A DNA stretch of 64,000 nucleotides from an uncultured delta proteobacterium (GTDB taxonomy: Bacteria > Desulfobacterota > RBG-13-43-22), in contig CAWBOS010000010.1 in assembly GCA_963790475.1 (NCBI GenBank), positions 1,888,001-1,952,000 of the forward strand, read 5' to 3'. Shown here piece by piece: positions 60,611 through 64,000 of the stretch. Made by a program: the position numbers and the translations under genes. The notes under the pieces are model-generated. The model saw only the letters and a program-made list of their open reading frames with translations. It had not been told where the DNA came from and did no database searches. Numbering within the stretch: position 1 is the first letter of the stretch; the number at the start of each line of letters is the position of its first letter.

Positions 60611-61606
60611 ATGGAAAACCCAGATCAAAGAAATTTCCATTTCCGATCCCTCCATCCTAACATTTACCTTGGAACGACCTCCGACAGTTACGCCGGATGG
60701 ATCGGCCAGATTTATTCAAAAGACCGCCATACTGGTAGAATAACCCGCCGAACAAATGTCGTCGGAGGGAAAAAGTTCATCGAAGAGGTCCTGCCAGTTG
60801 ATAGCGTTGAAGAATATTTCCAATATTTTCGAGTCCTGGAAATCGATTATACCTTTTATCGGCCACTTACCGAACCCGATGGGACCCCAACCCAGAACTA
60901 TCAACTCCTAATGAGATACCACCAGTATCTCAAAGAAGGGGATCGCCTTATTCTTAAGGTCCCTCATGTCGTCTCTGCCCAAAAGTTTCGCCGGGGAACT
61001 GCATATATCCCCAATGAGGACTACCTCAACCCTGAAATATTTACCAACCAATTCTACAAACCGGCCATAGAAATATTGGGGGAATCCCTAACTGGCTTCC
61101 TTTTTGAACAGGAGTACCAGAAATTCAAGGACAAGCTTCCTGAAGACCAAATGGCTGAATCCCTGGATGCTTTCTTTAAGGCTATTCCCAAAGACCACCG
61201 TTACCATGTTGAACTCCGAACCGAAGCTTATATAACTCCACCCGTCTTTGAGGTCCTTGAAAAACATGGAATCGGGCAGGTCCTTTCGCACTGGACCTGG
61301 CTTCCCCCACTAAGGGTACAATTCGACAAAGCCGACCACAGTGTGCTCAATTCCGGCCGTGAAATGATTATCCGGCTGTGTACTCCCCTCAAGATGCGTT
61401 ATGAAGAGGCCTATGCCAAAGCCCATCCATTCGATAAACTGATTGAAGGAATGCTCCAGCCAAAGATGATCGAAGAGACGTCCAAATTGATGCATGAAGG
61501 GATAGAAAAAGGGGCCAAGGTGAATGTTCTGGTCAATAATCGGGCAGGAGGGAATGCCCCGCTGATCACCCAGAAGATTGCTGAGAAATTTCTTCAGCAA
61601 GAATAG
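60611..61606 (+). CDS. DUF72 domain protein
   Basis: LGTTSDSYAGW, LEIDYTFYRP, LKVP, FEQEY, HVELR, VNNRAGGNAP; start reassigned to 60611. Confidence 0.85.
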   Translation: MENPDQRNFHFRSLHPNIYLGTTSDSYAGWIGQIYSKDRHTGRITRRTNVVGGKKFIEEVLPVDSVEEYFQYFRVLEIDYTFYRPLTEPDGTPTQNYQLLMRYHQYLKEGDRLILKVPHVVSAQKFRRGTAYIPNEDYLNPEIFTNQFYKPAIEILGESLTGFLFEQEYQKFKDKLPEDQMAESLDAFFKAIPKDHRYHVELRTEAYITPPVFEVLEKHGIGQVLSHWTWLPPLRVQFDKADHSVLNSGREMIIRLCTPLKMRYEEAYAKAHPFDKLIEGMLQPKMIEETSKLMHEGIEKGAKVNVLVNNRAGGNAPLITQKIAEKFLQQE

Positions 61607-61900
61607 AAAGCCTCATTTAACTCCAACAAAAATCCAATGAGTCCAACATTCCAGTCCCCGTCGAAAATAATATCTGTGAAGTAAAATTGGAATAAAGGGA
61701 GATTTTTTTCCTTCCTTAAAAGAGAAATAAATTAGAAAGAAATGGAAATTTTCTTCATTTCGCAGTTGGGTTCAGGTATTTGGCTAACCAATAAACCAAT
61801 AAAAAACAAATAATTAAAGATTTGTAAGATTTGTGGCACCGGATTTCCTTAATACTTATATTTAGAGGATTCACTGATCTAATCAAAGAGGTAAAAGTTA

Positions 61901-62092
61901 ATGGGGCAATTAATAAAGACAGAAGGCCCTGGTGAGAAGATAGAGGCCTTAAAAAGGGCTTTAATCGGTATTGATGATAAGAGGATGGAAGCTTTCTTAT
62001 TACTGAATGCAACACTGGAAGAATATCTGTCCGATATAGCGGAGTATCTTTGGATCCTGAATGGGCTTAATAAAGCAGGGAGAATAAATTAG
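61901..62092 (+). CDS. Small hypothetical protein
   Basis: GAGG RBS and a 63-aa helical ORF; no motif recognised. Confidence 0.35.
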   Translation: MGQLIKTEGPGEKIEALKRALIGIDDKRMEAFLLLNATLEEYLSDIAEYLWILNGLNKAGRIN

Positions 62093-62478
62093 GGATGGGA
62101 AATATCTTCCTTGAGCTCCTTAAACTTACATTATTAAAAAAAGGCCAATATTCTTCACGAAGCCCTGTTTTTGAATGTTAAACAGCCATGCCAGATTTTA
62201 AATGGTAATCGCTTACCGACCCTTCTTTATTATTGGTTCCTTTCCGAAGAAAAATTTCCCTATTTATAGGCCGCATGTCCCCTTCTTGGGGACAATGGAA
62301 CTATCGTAGGCAGTATTTATTCCATTGGGAATGGTTTGGTTGCCTCGTCAGGGAATAAAGGATGGATAAATATTGTTCCCGGGAAATAGCACCAGAAGAG
62401 GAAAGGATCTTTAAATTCTTAATCGAGGAGATGACTCTGCCCTACAATGGACTTACCGGAACTGAAAATCTACCAAAG

Positions 62479-62937
62479 TTAAGGTTGAATCAATTCAGTG
62501 TTCATCGCCATTCGTTTTATAGTATCACAGAACAGGACATCCATCCTTGTGGTTGAAATGATCCCCTCGACAAAACCCAGGCCGAAGGTATGATGTTGAA
62601 TCACATCCTTAAATTGATAAGTATCTTGCGTGCGATAGTTTTTTATAAGTTGTTTCGGATTCATTTCATTTTTTTTATCTCCCCATTGGGCGGGAGCTGT
62701 AACGACCCTCTTATAAAAAATGGGATCCAATTTGACATTTTTTTCTCGATGCCGATTAGGGGAAAGAGAAGACTTTTTTGGGGGTGACTTCGGATCCTTA
62801 TACTTATGCTCTGAACCGCAAGTTTTACATTTAACTTTGGATACCGTATTGTCTTCAAGAAATAAGATAATATGGTTTAATAATAATTTACACTTTGAAC
62901 AGTAGGCTTCGATATCACTTCCAATTAAAGATGACAC
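62479..62937 (-). CDS. Hypothetical zinc-ribbon protein with a C-terminal HxxFGxG beta domain
   Basis: CSKC..H..CKTCGSEH; C-terminal Y..KDVIQHHTFGLGFV; GAGGAGG RBS before the GTG. Confidence 0.7.
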   Translation of the reverse strand: MSSLIGSDIEAYCSKCKLLLNHIILFLEDNTVSKVKCKTCGSEHKYKDPKSPPKKSSLSPNRHREKNVKLDPIFYKRVVTAPAQWGDKKNEMNPKQLIKNYRTQDTYQFKDVIQHHTFGLGFVEGIISTTRMDVLFCDTIKRMAMNTELIQP

Positions 62938-63000
62938 GTAATCCTCCTCTGCGTTTGGAAAAAGTTAAAATCTTCTCCAGATTATAGATTAACCAGTTAC

Positions 63001-63204
63001 CTAAAGAGACTTTACATTAACTGCTGAGGGTCCCTTGGGGCCTTGTTCAATATCAAAACTCACCCGCTGACCTTCAGTGAGAGTCCGAAAACCCTGCATG
63101 GTGATGCCTGAATGGTGGACAAAAACATCCTTTTCCTGACCATCAACATTGATAAACCCGAAGCCCTTGTTCTCGTTAAACCACTTTACACTTCCTTCTG
63201 CCAT
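63001..63204 (-). CDS. Cold-shock protein
   Basis: [35 protein letters not shown]. Confidence 0.95.
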   Translation of the reverse strand: MAEGSVKWFNENKGFGFINVDGQEKDVFVHHSGITMQGFRTLTEGQRVSFDIEQGPKGPSAVNVKSL

Positions 63205-63612
63205 AGTCATATTCCTCCTTTTGAACTATTTCTCAAGTTGGGATAGCACAAAAAAAAGGCATCTTGGATAAAAGCCCAGATGCCTTGAATTGTTGACTTT
63301 TTCACCAACTTCAACCGCTATCGTATCCCTCAGGGGCAACTAACGGAATTCCTTATATTTATAACATAAGCCTAATAATGATTCTTGTCAAGGTTTATAA
63401 CGAATAACAACAATACTCGCTATTACCCCATCCATAGTTCCAGACATGGAAAAACAGGGTGTATAAGAGATCCCGATAGGGCAGGAGCGTTGGAGAACCC
63501 TATTAATGCCTTAGTCCTTATTATTCCAATAAAACTCCAATAAATCCAATTCCACTCAACCAAACCCAGGTTAGTAAATCTCAATTCATTCTATCCATCT
63601 TCCAATTTTCTC

Positions 63613-63641
63613 TTGATACCCATACAGACGTATAGTATTAT
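63613..63641 (+). promoter_or_regulatory. Sigma70 promoter with an internal palindrome (candidate SOS box)
   Basis: TTGATA-N17-TATTAT; the spacer contains ATAC-N4-GTAT. Confidence 0.45.
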
Positions 63642-63653
63642 TCCTATCACTTC

Positions 63654-63798
63654 ATGTAGCCCTCACGATCAGATAAAACAAATATTTGAATATCTTTAGG
63701 ACTCTTTAGTTGAAAAAGGCTATCCCCATTTCTGGGAGGTGACTACCCAATTTAAGATCAACCTGGGCACGTTTCAAGACCGTCTCAAGAACCTTTAA
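63654..63798 (+). pseudogene. LexA N-terminal DNA-binding domain relic
   Basis: Reconstructed LTIR(*)KQIFEYL(*)DSLVEKGYP-HFWEVTTQFKINLGTFQDRLKNL resembles LexA LTxRQxxIxxxIxxxxxxxGYPPxxREIxxxF..V..HL..L; contains stops and indels. Confidence 0.6.
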
Positions 63799-63825
63799 AT
63801 CTTTAATCATCTAAGTCTTACGAAT

Positions 63826-64000
63826 ATGACTGCTCGCGGCTGGCTTATTGATCTCTACGTCCGGGAAGATCTGATAGTCCTCTGGTTCCGGCTCGAATCA
63901 GGAACCCTCCTTTGTTTAAACGATTCATTCCCCTACTGCTTCTATGCTCAAGGGAGTCCGAGAGATATCCTGGCCCTTGAAAAAGACCTCTCGTACCTAA
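63826..64000 (+). CDS. Probable family B DNA polymerase (PolB2-like) N-terminus, partial
   Basis: MTARGWLIDLYVREDLIVLWFRLESG..LNDSFPYCFYAQG matches the recalled GWLxDxY..xLW..DxFxPxFY N-terminus; only 58 codons visible. Confidence 0.5.
   Translation, partial: MTARGWLIDLYVREDLIVLWFRLESGTLLCLNDSFPYCFYAQGSPRDILALEKDLSYL

Noticed and set aside
62100-62480. AT-rich spacer with short ORFs
   Set aside because: No motif, repeat or structure I could support.
59196-63286. AAGGCATC shared in the leaders of two csp genes (59196 on +, hairpin 63256-63286 on -)
   Set aside because: Only 8 nt, at different distances from the start codons; insufficient to claim a conserved RNA element.

Overview
Chromosomal segment of an anaerobic Desulfobacterota (delta-proteobacterial-type) bacterium, judged from gene order and protein families. 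The backbone is housekeeping: a beta-oxidation cluster (a FadE24/FadE23-like acyl-CoA dehydrogenase pair flanked by two near-identical, atypical 3-hydroxyacyl-CoA dehydrogenases), mpl, alpha-2-macroglobulin-pbpC, thiE-thiL-thiM, xerC-hslVU, argBDFGH-FN3 lipoprotein-lysA-dapF-dapB-dapL-folK-fsa-slt-pgsA, rph-rdgB-tRNA-Pro, murJ and tRNA-Leu. Accessory material comprises three intact toxin-antitoxin pairs (BrnTA, AbrB-VapC, MntA-HepT) and an AT-richer defence islet, in which an XcyI/Cfr9I-type restriction-modification pair and an AEP(TOTE)-primase/SF2-helicase fusion are joined by overlapping stop/start codons to a decayed vapBC locus. A decaying island downstream of tRNA-Leu carries an integrase relic, a RecD2 relic, an amber-interrupted csp, a PEP-CTERM gene with its sigma54 promoter and enhancer boxes, DUF72, and a LexA relic in front of a PolB-like gene. 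Non-coding highlights are 7-8 nt tandem arrays, mostly arranged as inverted arms, in about a dozen intergenic spacers, three unrelated ~142 bp TIR-bounded miniature elements (one nested three layers deep with a 3-bp target duplication), a poly-A frameshift in folK, and several head-to-tail internally deleted pseudogenes. No CRISPR array or rRNA was seen. All calls were made by eye and from recall of protein families; no database searches were run.
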